The position numbers and the translations under genes are program-made. Below, piece after piece: positions 1 to 64,000 of a stretch of 64,000 bases of DNA. The DNA lies in NCBI RefSeq assembly GCF_021028975.2, contig NC_059427.1:70184001-70248000 (forward strand), in the 5' to 3' direction. The notes under the pieces were generated by a model that saw nothing but the letters and a program-made list of their open reading frames with translations, did no database searches and had not been told where the DNA came from. The first letter of the stretch is position 1; each line of letters begins with the position of its first letter. The DNA comes from Sphaerodactylus townsendi. Taxonomy: Eukaryota.

Positions 1-439
1 CATTTTGTGGCCACCGGCAGCCATTTTGTACTTGTGCCCAGCACCCTGTGTCAGAGTTCCAAAGATACCTGAGGCATCAAAAAGAATCAGGAAATGATAG
101 CTATACTCCATGGCTTGGTCTGTCACTCCTTCGATAGATAGAAATGCTATGATCACATGACAGGCACAAGTCAATCGTTTTCCCCCAACACTGCTTCTCC
201 ATGTCAAGAAAAGTTGCACCTGCTATTTTATGGCTGCATAGATCCTCTTTGTCCAGTAGGTTGTTGTTGTTGGGGGGGGGGGGGGGGGGGGGTCTTCTCC
301 ATGGAAGAAGCCACAGTTCAGGATGGTTTCCTGCTAAAACCCTTTTTCTACTTGTGAATTTATTTTTACAAAGTCCCTTAAAAGGAGGGTTTTTGAGGCA
401 AATCTAATTTCTCAGGTAAGTTCCTGACAATAGTGTGTA

Positions 440-3400
440 CCTGGAATCACTGATTCTGAAAACAATAGAATCCATCATTTTCAACATGTCCCCACCAACC
501 TACAGTGAGTTCATAGTTTGGGAGACGTTATTGGAAGATGTATCACCCTAACCCCAGGATACCAAGCACAGCCTCCTGTGCATTGTAAACCATGTCTCAG
601 TCATCCAGTTCTTTCTTGATTCTCACCAAGAGGGAGGAAGTAGTTGATGAAGTGAATGAAGTGGGCACCCTGGGTACAAGTGACCATGTAATTTTGGAAT
701 GTAAAATCTTGGAAACGGGAAAAAGCTGCATGTAGTCAGACATATAGGTTCGGATTTTAGGAAAGCAAATTTTAGCCAATTTATGCTCAGCAGAATCCCA
801 TGATCAGAAATACTTAAGGGCAGTTCAAGAGGCACAGGAGTTTCTTAAAAGCAAGATATTGAAGGCACAATCACAAGATTCCTAAGAGAAGGAAAAACAG
901 GAGGAGTCTAAAGGAGTCAGCGTGGCTCCCTAAAAACCTTTCTAAAGATCTGAGAAGTAAAAAAGACCTCACGTATTCAAAATGGAAGGAAGACCTTTTA
1001 AGCAAGGATGAATATAAACAAATAACTGGTTCCTGCAGGGAGAGTATTAGAAAGCTGAAACTCAGTAGAAGCTTAGGCTAGCGAGAGACGCTTAACAAAA
1101 AAGAGTTCTTTTGATAAGTTCAAAGTAAGAAAAAGAATAAGTTCTTGGTAGGGCCACTACAAGGACAGGAAAGTGACATTGTATTGGGTAATAGAGAGGG
1201 CAGGACTGCTCAGTTCCTACCTTTCCTCAGCCTTCTCTTGTGTGGGAAACAGTGCTCAAAATGGCAAAAGCAGAGCACATGATAAGGGAAGGGGGTTGCA
1301 GCCCAGGACTAGCATAGTCGTAATGCATAAACAGCCCGGAAACTCCACAACACCCAATAAACACCTAGTTCCTTTAAATGAAACTAAGTTCTTGGCACAA
1401 GATGAATTGCATCCAAAAGTACTAAAAGAACTTGTGGTTGTAATTTCAGAGTCTCTACCCATTGTTTTTTAGAATTATTGGAGAACAGGTGAGGTGCCAG
1501 AGATTGGAGGCAGGCAAATGTTGTCCCCATCTTAAGAAGCGGGAAAACTAGGAGATGACTGAGGTAATATGATAGCCATCTTCAAGGATCCAGATGACTA
1601 TTGATCAGTCAGCTTGACATCTATAACTGGAAGAGTTTTAGAACAAATCATCAAACAGACAGTCCTTGAGCATTTAGAAAGGGTGGCTGTGATACTAAGA
1701 CCCAGCACAGGTTTCCCAAGCACAAATCATATCAGATTAACCTTATATACTTTTTTGAGAAAGTTACTATCTTGCTGTATCAATGGAATGCTGTGGACAT
1801 AATTTATCTTAATTTCAGTAAGGCCTTTGGTAATGTTCCTCATGATATTCTTGTTGACAAATTGGTAAAATGTGGTTTGGATCCTATTACTATTAGAGGC
1901 ATCTGTAGGTGGTTGACAGATTGCACTCAAAGAGGGATTGTTAGTGGTTCTTCATCCTCTTGGAGAATCTTGGGTCTTGTATTGTTCAACATCTTTATAA
2001 TTTTTTCTGAATGAAGGATGCTTATTAAATTTGCAGATGATACTAAACTGGGAGGGGTAGCAAAGAGTACTGGACAGAGTCAGGATACAAGATGATCTTG
2101 ACAGACTAGAAAACTGGGCTAAAGCTAATAAAATTAATTTCAACTGAGATCAATGTAAAGTTCTGCATTCAAGTGGGGAAAAACAAATGCATAATTATAG
2201 GATGGTGGAGGCTTGTCTTGGCAGTAGTATGTGCAAAGATGGTGCAGGGGTTAGACAGCCCAGTCTAGATGCGGGGAGGAGTTCTACGGTGTTTGGTGAT
2301 GATGTGGCGAAAGAGGTGCCACGTCCAAAAGGGTTTCAGGTGGAGGCAAACTGAGAAACCTCATGTCTTCCACATGGCCCTATGGAGAAAAGAACTTATG
2401 CCACACTTTCCAGTGGTTAGGTCTGCAGCATGGGAGAGGAGCATTCCTGGGCTGAAACCAGCTGTGAAAGCCAGCTAAAGTTTGCTCCACCCCTAGTAAT
2501 GCCTCTGTGCTCTCCTACATCAATGTAGCTTCAGGGCAGCAGGCACTTCCAGGTTTGGGTGCTGCAGAGCTGATCAGTGCCTGCCCACTGGAGAAGTTGC
2601 CCCTTATTCTGGTGGGATAGGCAAACACACTGGAGTGGGCCCCTGCCACAAGCTGTTTTACCCCATCCATTTGGATTTGGGTGTTAGACCATACACTGCA
2701 CTTGAGTCAGCAGTGCAAGGCAACAACTAAAAAGGCAAATGTAAACTTGGACTGCATCAACAGAAGTATAGTGTCCAGATGGCATGAAATGATGGTATCG
2801 ATTTGCTCTGATTAGGCCTTGTCTATTGTGTTCAGTTTTGGACACCACAATTTAAGAAGGAAATAGATAAGCTGGAATGTGTCTAGAAGAGGGGTCTGGA
2901 GACCAAATCCTATGAGGAAAGGCTGAAGGAAATCAGTATGCTTAGCATGAAGAGATGACTGAGGTGATATAACCATCTTTAAATACCTGAAAGGCTGTGT
3001 CATGCAGAGGATGGTGTTTACTGTTGCAGTAAACTGTTTACTGTTGCATTATAAAGTTGGACCAGAACAAAAAGACTGACATTAAATCCAAAGAGTTTTC
3101 AGTTAAATATTAGGGAACACCTCCTGATAGAGCAGATCCTCAGTGGAACAGGCTTCCTTGGGAGGAGGTGGGCTTTGGAGGTTTTTAATCAGAGGCTAGA
3201 TGGCCATCCAACAGCAATGCTGACTGTGAACTTAGGCAGATCATGAGGAGGAGGGCAGGAAGGGTTGTGTCAGTGCTTGACTTCTGTGGCCAGTTGACAC
3301 TTTGGGGTCAGGAAGGAGTTTTCTTCCAGGCCAGATTAACCAATGAATAGGGGTGTTTTTTTTGCCACCTTCTGGGCATGAAGTGAGGGTCACTGTGTTT

Positions 3401-3470
3401 GTGTGTGGGGTGAGGGGAGGCAGGTAGTTGTGAATTTCCTGCATTGTGCAGGGTGTTGGACCATGATTCT
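440..3470 (+). mobile_element. Degenerate CR1 LINE (ORF2 remnants to 3' end)
   Basis: Peptides DELHPKVLKEL, VDIIYLNFSKAFGNVPHDILVDKL, LGLVLFNIFI, IKFADDTKLGG and a CR1-type 3' tail; many stops and frameshifts; ends approximate. Confidence 0.9.
2255..2684. mobile_element. Non-autonomous DNA transposon (PIF/Harbinger-like) inserted into the CR1
   Basis: Imperfect TIRs ACAGCCCAGTC / GATTTGGGTGT and a 3-bp TSD TAG on both sides; removal rejoins the CR1 sequence. Confidence 0.65.
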
Positions 3471-4263
3471 ATCCTTTTTGAATGGATTTGTGGCCAGATC
3501 TGTTGGTGTTCAGAGTTATTGGTGTCCCAATAAAAGTTATTACAGATACAGGGACCATGAGATCCAGAGGTTGCTTAAAGCTGGACAGAAGAAGATGTCT
3601 GGGGCCAACAGTGCAGATTATAAGGGCATCCTTGCTTTAACACACACTCCACACCCTCGTCCCTAGCTCAGCCAGTGGCGGTGGGGCGGGGTGGGGGGCA
3701 GGAAAGGAAATGAGACCATGACCCTGATTTCTGTTTGCCTGTGTGTTTGCTTAACCGGCTGCCTCAACACTCCCCTAGAGAAGCAGGGTTCTCGCTTGCT
3801 TGCTTGATCATTCTCTTTTTAATGAAACCAATAGAACAAGGAGCCTTTGTCTGTGGATTGCAGGGCAAGGAGGAGCACGGCCAGGCCTCAGAAATCCAAC
3901 ACCTGCCCCCTCCTTCCCTGACTGCTTATAAACCAGAAGGAGCAGAAAATCATTTACCTGGGTTGCGTCATAAAAAAGGGTCTCATGGGCCGGTAAACTA
4001 AGGACGAGTCAACCTCAGACATGCAATGTCACAGCTGCCAACATGAGGTCACAGTTGATGTAGCCCCCCATAGCAAGAAGCTAGAACCAAATTAACTTGA
4101 ACTTTCCCACACCAGATGGCAATCTGACATGAAGGGGAAAAAACTTTGCCTTTATTTTAACTTTTCTGTGACTGTAAATTTCCTGGGACATTTCATTGCC
4201 TCACAGGTCCTTTTCTGTGAGTGAATGCACACACACAACAAATTGTGTATGCACACAGAGTTT

Positions 4264-4545
4264 GAAGAAGAGTTTGGATTTATGTCCTGCTTTTCTTAAC
4301 TGTAAGGCATCTCAAAATGACTTACATCCTCTCCCCCCAACAGAAACCTTGTGAGGTAGGTGGGGCTGGGAGAGTTCTGAAAGAACTGTGACTGGCCCAA
4401 GGTCTCCCAGCAAGTTTCATGTGCAGGAGCAGGGAAACAAACTTGGCTCACCATATTAGAGTCCATCACTCATGTGGAGGAGTGGGGAACCAAACCCGGT
4501 TCTCCAGGTTAGAACCCACCTGCTCTTCAACGCTACACTACACAC
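4264..4545 (-). mobile_element. tRNA-derived squamate SINE (Squam3-like)
   Basis: On -: tRNA-like head gtgtagtgtagcgttgaagagc...ggagaaccgggtttggttcccc with a partially duplicated head; (TCT)n tail. Confidence 0.75.
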
Positions 4546-5252
4546 ACAAGCAGCAGAACCTATATTGCAGTGTATCTGGCATTTGATGAAGACAACTTTT
4601 TGTTACAAAAGTTTATACTATGGAAAATTTTGGTTCACCTACCGTGCTACTTGGCTTGAATTTCATTTTGCTACTAAATACAGACACAGCTAAGTAGAAA
4701 TGACTTTACATTTTAAATTAAGCTGAAGATTTCAGATTGAGGTATCAGTTCTGTGTGGCGATCCCTCCTCCCCAGCACTTTTCCCCCAACCAAGGCAATC
4801 TTGGCCTGGATGCCTAAAGTCGTACAGAATTTGACACTAGTGAAAAGTCCCAGTTAGCCATGACCATATTGGAGACGCAACTTTTTGCAAGTGGCTTCAT
4901 TAACGCAAGTACTAATACACGGTGTGTTTACTCTATTTAAACACTAGGGAGCGCTATGGTGTATTGTCTCTACTGTTTTGAGTCTACTGAATGCTTCTAT
5001 TGTTTTTCCCCTGCCTCCTATGCTTCCTCTTTGCCTGTCCTTTCATCCTGAACTTTTCTCTTCTGTTGGAAGACCTATAGTTAGTGCTTTTTGTAAATGC
5101 TGTTGTGGCATTAACCTTATTGAAAACAACTCTGTGTGCGTGGGATTGGATTATTTCCCCAACTCTTACAACAGGTCAGAGATGTCAATCCTTCACAGTA
5201 GTCTAACTCCAGACTGGTTCCCCAAGACTGTCGCACGTACGGATGCCAACCA

Positions 5253-5671
5253 CAGGTTGGGAAATGTGTAGAGTTGTGGATGGAGCTGGGAGACAGCAAA
5301 GTTTAAGAAAGGGTGGGGTGCTCAGCAGGGATATGATGCCGTTAGAACCCATCCTCTGAAGCATTTTCCCCAAGGAAACTGATCTCTGTAGTCTGGAAAT
5401 CAGTTGTAATCCTGGGAGAACTCCAGCCCCCCGCTTGGAGGTTGGCAGTCCCTGGGCTTGGAAATACCTGGAGATTTGAGGGTGGAGTGTAAGAGAGTGG
5501 GATTTAGGGATGGGGCGGGACCTTGGTAGGGTATAATGTCATGCAGTCCACCTTCCGAAAGCAATCATTTTCTTCAGAAGTGGAATAAATGTGATAGACA
5601 ACTATCTATGTTCTGTGGAGATTGGTTGTAAATCCAGATCTCCAGCCCCCACCTGGAGGCTGGCAACCCTA
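5253..5671. mobile_element. Two tandem copies of a TAGGGTTGCCA-terminated MITE
   Basis: Repeated unit ...aactgatctctgtagtctgga...ctggaggttggcaaccct; further copies at 10036, 14736 and 58131. Confidence 0.75.
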
Positions 5672-6095
5672 CCTACGTGGCCAGTGTGAATGAGGCACCA
5701 GAGAATGACTGGCCCACTGAGTGAACTTCATGGCTCTAGTGGGAATTCAAAGCCAGGGTTCCCTGGTACCTCTGACATTTGCACAACTCTACAACGCTGA
5801 CACAAACTAATGCATTGAGTTTTTGTGATAGGTGTTGTGAGCTCTGCCCATTAACTGGTGCATATTAATCCTAAATGTTGACAAACTTATCTGAATAAGA
5901 AGGTGTGATAAAATTGTAATCACAATCATTTATAAGTCTAATTTAAAAAGCTATTCTGATTCTAACCCAGAGAATGGGTTGAAATCTTCAGATGAACGAG
6001 AGGACTATAAGAAAGCCCCAGCAGCAAATAAGGGACCTTTTGATGTGTTGGAGTCAAGGTGAAAGAGTCTCAAGTTGTCAAAAACAAAGCCAGTG

Positions 6096-6101
6096 TTTAT
6101 T
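6096..6101 (-). terminator. Distal polyadenylation signal AATAAA
   Basis: tttatt on +; followed on - by a T-rich stretch (ctggctttgtttttgacaa). Confidence 0.55.
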
Positions 6102-8745
6102 AGCTCATTCTATCCACAGGTATTTCACAGTACAGGCCCGAAGTGGCTCTGTGCTTGAATTCATCACAAGGAGCTACTTGTCAGATGCTCCAGTTCCCTG
6201 GTTTTGTTACATTTTTGATTTACAACTATTTACAATAAAAAGTACATGCACATCACTCGAATTGGCAGGGAAAGCATTGACAGGGATAGGCATTCTTACC
6301 TACCTGCAAGAATGATGGTAAATGGGTGTGGCCCACAGCTTATAAAACATGGAAAGTGAGTCGCCACAGGATGTGCAGCCCCAGAGACCAAAGGGCACAG
6401 ACTTTTTCTGTATTGAGACTATCCCTTGCAGTGCAGACAACAGGGGGCACAGAATGAGAAACAGCATAGTTTTAACCCTTGCTCATGTATGCTACATATT
6501 TAAGGTAATTTGAAATGGTCTTTGTATGCACCATCTACAGTCCCTGTAGTTCCTTATTCGCAGTGTTAAAGGTACCCTCAATCTGCAACAAACCGCCATT
6601 GCCCTTGCACAGGCCACCGCAATGAGAGATGAAAGCACTGATGTTCAACAGGTGTCAATCACAGTAACTTCACAAATAGAAGTATTCTAACCTGGGAATT
6701 TGGCAGTGGAAAATGTGGAAGACATGCCTACACCAGTGAAACCAGCCTGAAGTGAAGACCAAGAGAAAAGGGAACCAATCATTTTGCTATGCAAATATAA
6801 AGTAGAAGGAAAACACAGACAATAGGATGGGGCGGCAGCAGGACACGGGTTCAAGAGATTCTGCTACCCCTGGAGTTTGATTAAACCTCCCTTAGGTTCC
6901 CACTTTTTGACCTAGTTACCCTCCTTTGTACTCCCAGGTGTCTGGAAGTAAAGAACATGCATTTTGGACAGACTCAGAAGCACTCTGTTCTTTATTTACC
7001 TACATACCTATCAGGGCAAAGCTTATAGACCAGGTAATTCTTTGCCATATTTGACTTCTTTGCATTGTATACAAAATACTTTTCATAAGTTCCACAAGCT
7101 TCCCAGAACCCATGCACACAAGTAAGCACGCAAATACATCCCCCTTCCTGTGAAAGCTGACACTTTATCCTCTTACCCTGTTCCTAAACACAGACATGAA
7201 CCACAAGCGTTCCACCTGCACTTTTCAAAGGAGATTAATTCCAAGAAGGGTATCTTTTGGGCAAATTCTCACCTGTACAATGGGATTCATAAACCCTATA
7301 CACCCTCGCAACAAAATTGTTGCATGCCTAATTTCCATGTTGTGTGGCACCACAATGTGCTGTCCTTTATTACCATAGTGAAAACTGGAGTGTGGGGGTA
7401 CTGAGCAGTGATTAAAATGCCGCAGGATTCCTTACAGAAGCGTACAGATAGTTGAGACCTGACTGTCCCATCTCTCCTAGGTTTGTACTGCATAGTTTAG
7501 CGCTAATGGGCTGAAAATCTGGACTTGCAGTGAGCAAATCAATATTATTAAATTATAATAAATAACCAGGTAAGGAAATTGAGGCACTGAGTCATCCATG
7601 GGCCAGCAGAGAAGGCAAGTGTTCTGATGGCTATCCAGCTAATATCTAAATCCTTTCCATTCCCATGCAGTCTTTGACCTCGAAGGTTTCTGGCACATGC
7701 ACTATGGGAGAGTAGCTTTGGTTAATATGTACATTACATCTCCCTCGCATAACACATTTGGATGAGGCCCTCACACGTGGGCTCTGAGCCATCAGTCAAA
7801 GTGGCCTAGCAAAGCTGGGTGCCTAGAATCATAGTCACAAAATGATTCTTCTAGCTACTCTCTGGGTATTATCTATTGCCACGGGGCATCTACTACCCTT
7901 GTGCAGCGACTTGCAAAGATTGTTCCTCTCACAGAATCATGACACCCAAGCCATGGAGCCTGAATAATTAACAATCACAACATTTCCCACAACTTCCTAC
8001 TGGTAGTATTTGTTTGCTCCAGTCAGATGCTGGAGCCTCACATGAGCTATGCAGGCATATCCTTGATGAGTGTTTCCTTCTCCTTTAAATCAGTCCAGCT
8101 CATTACGTGACACAGCCTCCCTGTAACTTGACACTGGATAGTCCCCTGGCAGACTGCTTTGAAGCAGAGAAATGTACGGAGGGAATGAAAAGGTGTTACA
8201 GTCTTTGTAGGCATAGCAGGAGTTTATGCATACCTCTGATGGGAGCGCTGGCAGGGGCATGAGACTCCTTGTGTTTTACAGGGTTCTACTCTCCATTCTG
8301 CTTGGTGTCTGACAGCAGCCAGTATTTTAACCAAATAGGAATACTTTCAATGATGGTAGAACAAAAATCCCAGCTTGCACATGAAGATCTAGGCTAGAGG
8401 ACCTCCAGTCAGCCATTCAGGACTCAGAGACTCCACAAAATAAGGTTTTGTTCCATGGCATCATAGGCTGTAGATGCTTTGGCTATCCCTGCCCCTCCCC
8501 TTTCTTGCCACATGTGTGCTTTTTGGCTAGCACAAAAGAGATTTCCTCTTCTCCGCAGTCCCCCCATGAGTTTATTTTTTTTTACAGTACTGTAGATAAA
8601 AAGGGGGAAGGAAGAGCAAGCTGCCAGACACGACGCCTCCAAGCTCCTCACTGTCCCACACTGAGGTGAGACTGCATCACCCAAGGATTATGTACAACCT
8701 ACAAATAAATACTGTCTTGAGGGGGAGCAGGGCATGTTGTGTAGC

Positions 8746-8832
8746 TATATATATATAAATATATATATTTATATATATTTATATATATATTTATATATAT
8801 ATATTTATATATTTATAGATATTTTTAATATT
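8746..8832. repeat. (TA)n-rich low-complexity tract at the start of the 3'UTR
   Basis: Direct reading: tatatatatataaatatatatatttatata... Confidence 0.9.
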
Positions 8833-8880
8833 AAAATGGGGGAAATAAAGCATTGTCATTACATAGTCCCTTAGTCAGTT

Positions 8881-59792
<50,912 letters not shown>

Positions 59793-60149
59793 CTGGAGGA
59801 ACAAACACAGAGAAAGAGTTCCGGGGTCATTTTTTTAATGCCACAGCAAAATTTGTTTAAATGGCATGATTGACGTTTAGGGAAGGGAATAAAACATTTT
59901 CAATATACCTGGTTTTTAAAGAGTTTATTATTTTTCCCTTTATAATTATTAACTTTCATGATTGGTTTCCACTGAAAGCACATATCCAGCTGTAGCTCCC
60001 CTGCCCCCCACAAACCCAGTTCTGGTAGGATGAAAGTCTCAGGGGTTGCAGCCATTACTCTTGGGCTGCTGCTTGCTAAATTGTGGGTAGAAAAAGATAA
60101 AGCATTCCCATTTTTGTATAGGCAACGGAAATGCTGCTTGCAGTGTGAC

Positions 60150-60758
60150 AATTTGAGAGATCACATTTTACCTGTGTTGCGCCGTCTGCATTGGCTACCG
60201 GTCGAGTTCCAAATCATTTTTAAGGTGTTGGTGCTAACCTTTAAGACCTTACGCGGCTTGGGACCCTCATACCTGCAGGACCGTTTTGCCCCATATGTCA
60301 TGAGTCGGCCTCTGCATTCGGCAGAGGCCAATTTGCTGGTGGTTCCCGGCCCCTCAATGATGCGGCTGGCCTCCACTCAGGCCAGGGCCTTTACAGCCCT
60401 GGCCCCTGCCTGGTGGAACGCTCTCCCTCCAGCTGTCCAGGCCCTGCGGGACCTTAGTGAGTTCTGCAGGGCCTGTAAGACCGAGCTGTTCCACCAGGCC
60501 TTTGGGGAGACCAGCCGCTGATCGCCCCCCTACCTCTATAACATCAGTGGACCCTACCGTCCCCCTCTCTTAGGGGGTTTAGTCACGAGACGCCATCTGT
60601 TGAGTTATTGTGCTGTATAATTAGTACACTGTGTTTTAAGGGGCTTAGTTTTAAAATGTGCAGAGTCATAATTTAATTGTCTAATTTTATTTGTACTCTG
60701 CTTGTATATTCTATGTTCACCGCCTGAGCCCTTTGCGGGAGGGCGGTATATAAATGTA

Positions 60759-60815
<57 letters not shown>
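60150..60815 (+). mobile_element. L2 LINE 3' end with (TAA)n tail
   Basis: HILPVLRRLHWLPVEFQIIFKVLVLTFK...RAFTALAPAWWNALP...CKTELF is the L2 ORF2 C-terminus; microsatellite tail 60759-60815. Confidence 0.9.
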
Positions 60816-60816
<1 letters not shown>

Positions 60817-61404
60817 GTTGTTATTGTTATTGTTTCTGGTAAAAGCTTGCTTCCTATTGAAGTAGGTGGATACAAAATACATATACGAGGGGACCCATGT
60901 GTATAATATCACCCATTTACATCTGAAGCAGGATGTGCAAGAGTGCATAGTAAATGGAGCAAAATCCTACCCCTCCAATAATTGGTTTGGCCCTGTTCCA
61001 TCTAGATCGCTCTCATGTGCATTGTGGTGTATGCACAAAAATTCATAGGTGCTGCCTGGCATAGGGGTAGGGCAGGAGAGAGAGATTGTGGCATGTAGTT
61101 TCATACTAATCCAGTTTGTAGAGATGTCTGCCAATATGCAAACAAAACATTTACCTCTGAGTGGCTATTGCCAAAGTCATCTGTTGCCAGAGGACCAAAC
61201 ACAGTATTTGATGTTGCTTTCTTCAGTCTATGCTTGCTGCCTGCCTATATGCCGGCCTATTTGCTGCAACCCCATAAAGAATGATAAGCATTAGTATTTA
61301 GAAGTCATAAGATAAGAAACTTGGATGAAATCAAAGTCTGGAGTTTAGCAAGAATGATCACTTGCAGGAACTATCAAATCCTTGAGAACTTCATCTCAAT
61401 GTTT

Positions 61405-61800
61405 TAATTTTTATTTTTCAATGTATACCCCACTCTTTCCCCAGTACAGCCAGGTTCAAGACAGCAAACATCACATGAATACAACATATTGCATTTTTTA
61501 CAATATAATATACCATTTTAAAAACATAAGGTCTGATCTAGCTAAAATATATGTCTCCCCTCTAGTTCTGGAATTCCTGCTTTGCAAAGAGGTAGCCCTT
61601 GGGTGCCCTGGGTCAAGTGGCACCTGTGGCACAAGCCCTGGTCCACCCCACTCTAAATACACATCTACTCTCTGAGGGGCATATTGGGTGAGATGGTTCC
61701 ATAGGTACAAGGGCCCCAGATAGTTTAGGGCTTTAAAGGAGCAGCATCAAAACCTTGAATAGTACTCCGTCTGGAACCAATGCAGCTGGGTGTGAGTGGG
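61405..61800 (-). mobile_element. Degenerate L2-like 3' fragment
   Basis: tttagggctttaaagg...aaaaccttgaat...ggaaccaatgcagc is the reverse complement of an LHWLP...FKV...FKAL-type motif. Confidence 0.55.
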
Positions 61801-64000
61801 AAGGTAAATGACTGCCAGATTGTTTAACTTGACTTTAATTCTTATATTAAAGAAACAGAATCCAATTTCTAACATAAAAAAGAATCAGCACAGGGTGTGT
61901 GGGATTTTTCACACCCTTGTTAATGTTTCAATTTAGATTAATTATATTAACAATGTCAAACAATATAATATTTTCAATTCTGGTTTGATTAATATTTGAG
62001 TACACCTCACTGGCACCTATCAAGACACAAAATTCTGAAGCACCTTGAGACTTAAGCATAATAAAATTTGAGCCTTTATCAATAAATTGCTCCCCACCCC
62101 CAGCAAGTAATTCCAGGCAACATGACTTGGTTTCCTGTTCCTAAACATTTGGGCTTATAAAGAGCCTAATAGTTAAGCACTCAACGTCTCATTTAAACCA
62201 ACTGGCTCTGGTATGTGGATCTCCTCCTGAGGAATGGCAGATCCCAGTGAACATCAATAAGACTATGGAATGCACATAATTTATCATAACAGTCCTGGGG
62301 GTGGTTAGAATGTTCTCACAATAATATTTTGCAGTAACTATACATAACTGGAACCAATTTATCAGGAAATATATGTTTGCCTAATTAAAGAAGGTAGGCT
62401 GCACTGTGCCTCTAATAAGATTCCACAGATCTGTATCTTGTAGGGCAAGCCACAGAAACCTGGCTGTTTTCCATGAGTGACAAAGAGATTGCTCCTAAAT
62501 CTTAAGCCCACCTTCTTCTTACTTTTATTGTTGCTAAAACTGCCCATTCCACAACTGAAGAAAAAATGGTGAGGAAGGAGTTAAGCAAAGTGCTTAGTAA
62601 GAAATCATTCAGTCACAGAACTGTGCAGAAACTGTACAAAGACAGTCAAGGTAACTCTGAGACACAAAAACAACCACTGTGGCTTGTAGAGACATCGGTT
62701 TCTAACTCTAAGTAGCCTGGGAACTGCATGACTTCATATGAGAAATTTCGCTCTAGTCAATGCAGGGCAAAATGGGATTTGTTGTGCTCTTTGGTGTTAC
62801 TATGATTGACAAGAAATGACTCCTTGGAGCTTGTCCCAACTCATACATCTCTCTCAGTAAAGCAGTACTCACAAGGGATCCAGCGTGGCCCAGAGGATAA
62901 TGTTTTGGAACTGGGTCTGGGAATGCTAAGTTTAGAGCTCAGCACCATCATGGATTCACTGGTGGCCTTGGCAGATTGCTACCTCTCATCTTAAATCAAT
63001 TACATTAATTAATTGTGTGTTAGAAAGGGGAATTTCATTACACAATATGTTGACTTCCAATCCACAGACCCAAGAAATGCCAGTCTATATTAAATCATCC
63101 TGTAAGGAGGGGCCAAAATAGAAGACATAGACATGTATTGAGTTTAATACATTCAATGCAGCTCAGAATCAGCGTGGGAGGATGAGTCATTGTTACAGGA
63201 TGACCAATCCCTGACACCAACACTCCCTGTAAGGTAGGTGCCAGCAAAACAGGACCTACCACAACTGGCATCAACACATAAACAACAAGTATCACCTGCC
63301 TGTTTTCATCAAAATGTGCTGGAACTGCTTAAACATAAGGTGTGCAGGCAATATTACGTGACTTAATTTCACAATTGCAAGATACTTTAAATTCTAAAGT
63401 CTGTCTCCTCCCTTTATTCACAAGGTGGGTGTGACTGGAAGGCACTTTACACACACATACTATTAGCAACCAAAGGAACCACATGACACCCCAGCCTGCA
63501 AAACCCCACTGTGGCATCAGAGCTGACCAGTCAGTGGTATCAAAAACAGTGGGGCAAGCTAGTAAGTATGGCACTGAGTAAGGACTGTAAGAGATCAAGG
63601 AATGAAATGTAGAAGTCCCAGAGGAAATTAATTTGAAACATATTTTTTTCTGGTTATTGCCCCAAGGTTTCATGCTCAGTCACTATGACCTTTTTATAAG
63701 AAGTAGTTTTGGACAATAATCCAGTGGTTATTGATACTATTCTGCTGACATCCAATGTTTCCAATAATAATCTAATCATGTACCCAAGCTCTTATCAAAA
63801 GCAAAAAATACACATCCCGAATGTATTCTATAAATATGCTCATTCAAGGACTTTTGTCTGTTACTTGAAATAAGGAGTTTAAATATCCTATTTTGGTTCA
63901 CTCTGAAAAAATTACTTCTTCTGATAGGCCATTCTGAGAAGTGATGATTAAATTGTTTGGGTTTTTTTTAATTTTGAGTGAATTTCCTATGGCTACAATA

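Larger units (their letters stand above)
6075..8880 (-). other. SEMA3F: Probable SEMA3F 3'UTR (~2.8 kb)
   Basis: No recognisable repeats between the stop and AATAAA at 6096-6101. Several TGTA motifs lie upstream of it. A proximal AATAAA is at 8571-8576. The end point is inferred. Confidence 0.6.

Noticed and set aside
272-292. Poly-G runs (also 35281-35340 and poly-C near 12657) as G-quadruplex regulators
   Set aside because: Simple homopolymers, prone to sequencing error; no supporting context
1-6000. Exons of a downstream neighbour such as GNAT1 (adjacent in mammals)
   Set aside because: No G-alpha coding sequence recognisable; the region is mostly CR1, SINE and MITE
60030-60521. 163-aa ORF as a host gene
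   Set aside because: It is the C-terminus of an L2 LINE ORF2 with a microsatellite tail
63095-63295. Hydrophobic - strand ORF (MPVVVGPVLLAPTLQG...) as the missing SEMA3F signal-peptide exon
   Set aside because: Lacks the PRxRLSFK motif and a phase-1 GT donor at the expected place; the first coding exon is probably beyond the window

Overview
Vertebrate genomic DNA, almost certainly a squamate and probably a gecko (inferred from the SINE/MITE repertoire). One gene dominates: SEMA3F (semaphorin-3F) on the minus strand. I mapped 17 coding exons (59792 down to the stop at 8881). All have GT-AG boundaries and matching phases, and they sum to 2267 nt. They include the 90-nt cassette exon equivalent to the mammalian 31-aa alternative insert. 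The ATG/signal-peptide exon is not in the window. A probable ~2.8 kb 3'UTR runs to about 6075. The introns and flank carry many mobile elements: CR1, L2 and an RTE-X-like LINE; two DIRS1-like tyrosine-recombinase retrotransposons; Penelope-like fragments with minimal hammerhead ribozyme motifs; SPIN/URR1-type hAT MITEs; Harbinger-like MITEs; tRNA-derived SINEs; and a young CpG-rich solo LTR nested in the LINE. There are three assembly gaps. I see no clearly new gene system. The best leads are the intronic hammerheads (one sense copy appears locked in a hairpin), the DIRS terminal/ICR architecture with a perfect cryptic donor, the solo LTR, a candidate unannotated poison/micro-exon and inverted repeat pairs bracketing exon blocks. 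Repeat family names come from recalled consensus sequences and need RepeatMasker/Dfam confirmation.
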